The position numbers and the translations under genes are program-made. A stretch of DNA of 27,075 bases from the IMG/VR virus record IMGVR_UViG_3300020463_000113, positions 1-27,075 of that record. One strand, 5' to 3'. The notes beneath the pieces were generated by a model, which was given only the letters and a program-made list of their open reading frames with translations, was not told the DNA's origin and ran no database searches. This document shows positions 26,867 through 27,075 of the stretch, piece by piece. Position 1 is the stretch's first letter, and each line of letters starts with the position of its first letter. The stretch comes from a virus. Taxonomy: Duplodnaviria > Caudoviricetes.

Positions 26867-26901
26867 AGATTTGTCTTCTCCTGATCTATTATGATTGAAA
26901 T

Positions 26902-26948
26902 GCGATCACTGGCCTAGCGATCGCTCTGGATTGTAAGACATATTTATC
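26902..26948 (-). promoter_or_regulatory. Late-type promoter and 5' leader hairpin of the OMP gene
   Basis: GATAAATA on the minus strand (26948-26941), then the GCGAUCGCU-AGGCC-AGUGAUCGC 9-bp stem (26924-26902). Confidence 0.55.
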
Positions 26949-27042
26949 AAAATTGCAACCTTCAAGTGCAAGTTTTTTTACCAAAATGGTATGCCACCGG
27001 TCCGGCACAGTGCATAATTACGGGTAGCAAAGGAGGTTCCCT

Positions 27043-27075
27043 ATGGGCATACACTACGACTACAAGAACACCAGG
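27043..27075 (+). CDS. Start of a gene running off the window (MGIHYDYKNTR...)
   Basis: AAGGAGG Shine-Dalgarno properly spaced upstream of ATG 27043. Confidence 0.6.
   Translation, partial: MGIHYDYKNTR

Noticed and set aside
303-26894. Numerous short antisense or nested ORFs in the six-frame track
   Set aside because: They lie within well-supported genes and have no motifs or initiation signals.
26917-26924. GCGATCGC (cyanobacterial HIP1) as a host clue
   Set aside because: Only one copy was noticed and it is part of a hairpin arm; no enrichment.
1-27075. CRISPR array, tRNA, DGR, intron/active intein, integrase or stop-codon recoding
   Set aside because: No repeat-spacer pattern, cloverleaf, reverse transcriptase or splice motifs were seen by eye; TAA, TAG and TGA all end genes normally.

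Overview
Gene-dense, AT-rich segment of a large T4-like (myovirus-type) phage genome, probably infecting an aquatic Gram-negative host (inference). It carries a recombination/replication module: UvsX, UvsY, UvsW helicase, a probable gp62 clamp-loader subunit, gp61-like primase and gp41-like helicase. A 12-gene glycan synthesis/decoration island sits at 2161-11689, with a 3-gene satellite at 24015-26366. The most unusual feature is two stripped-down C-family (DnaE/Pol III alpha) polymerase homologs. One is a 196-aa protein that starts at the catalytic PDVDIDF motif and lacks the PHP domain, the RGS motif and the thumb, so it may be half of a split, intein-free enzyme. The other is a 561-aa PHP-less DnaE next to endonuclease III. 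Also notable: five KpsS/KpsC-like paralogs, a HARP-like protein and a degenerate Hint-like protein flanking UvsW, a small beta-signal outer-membrane protein, TAAATA boxes placed to give near-leaderless mRNAs, and a cluster of GNA/GAAA mini-hairpins. All product calls come from motif recognition by eye; no database searches were run.
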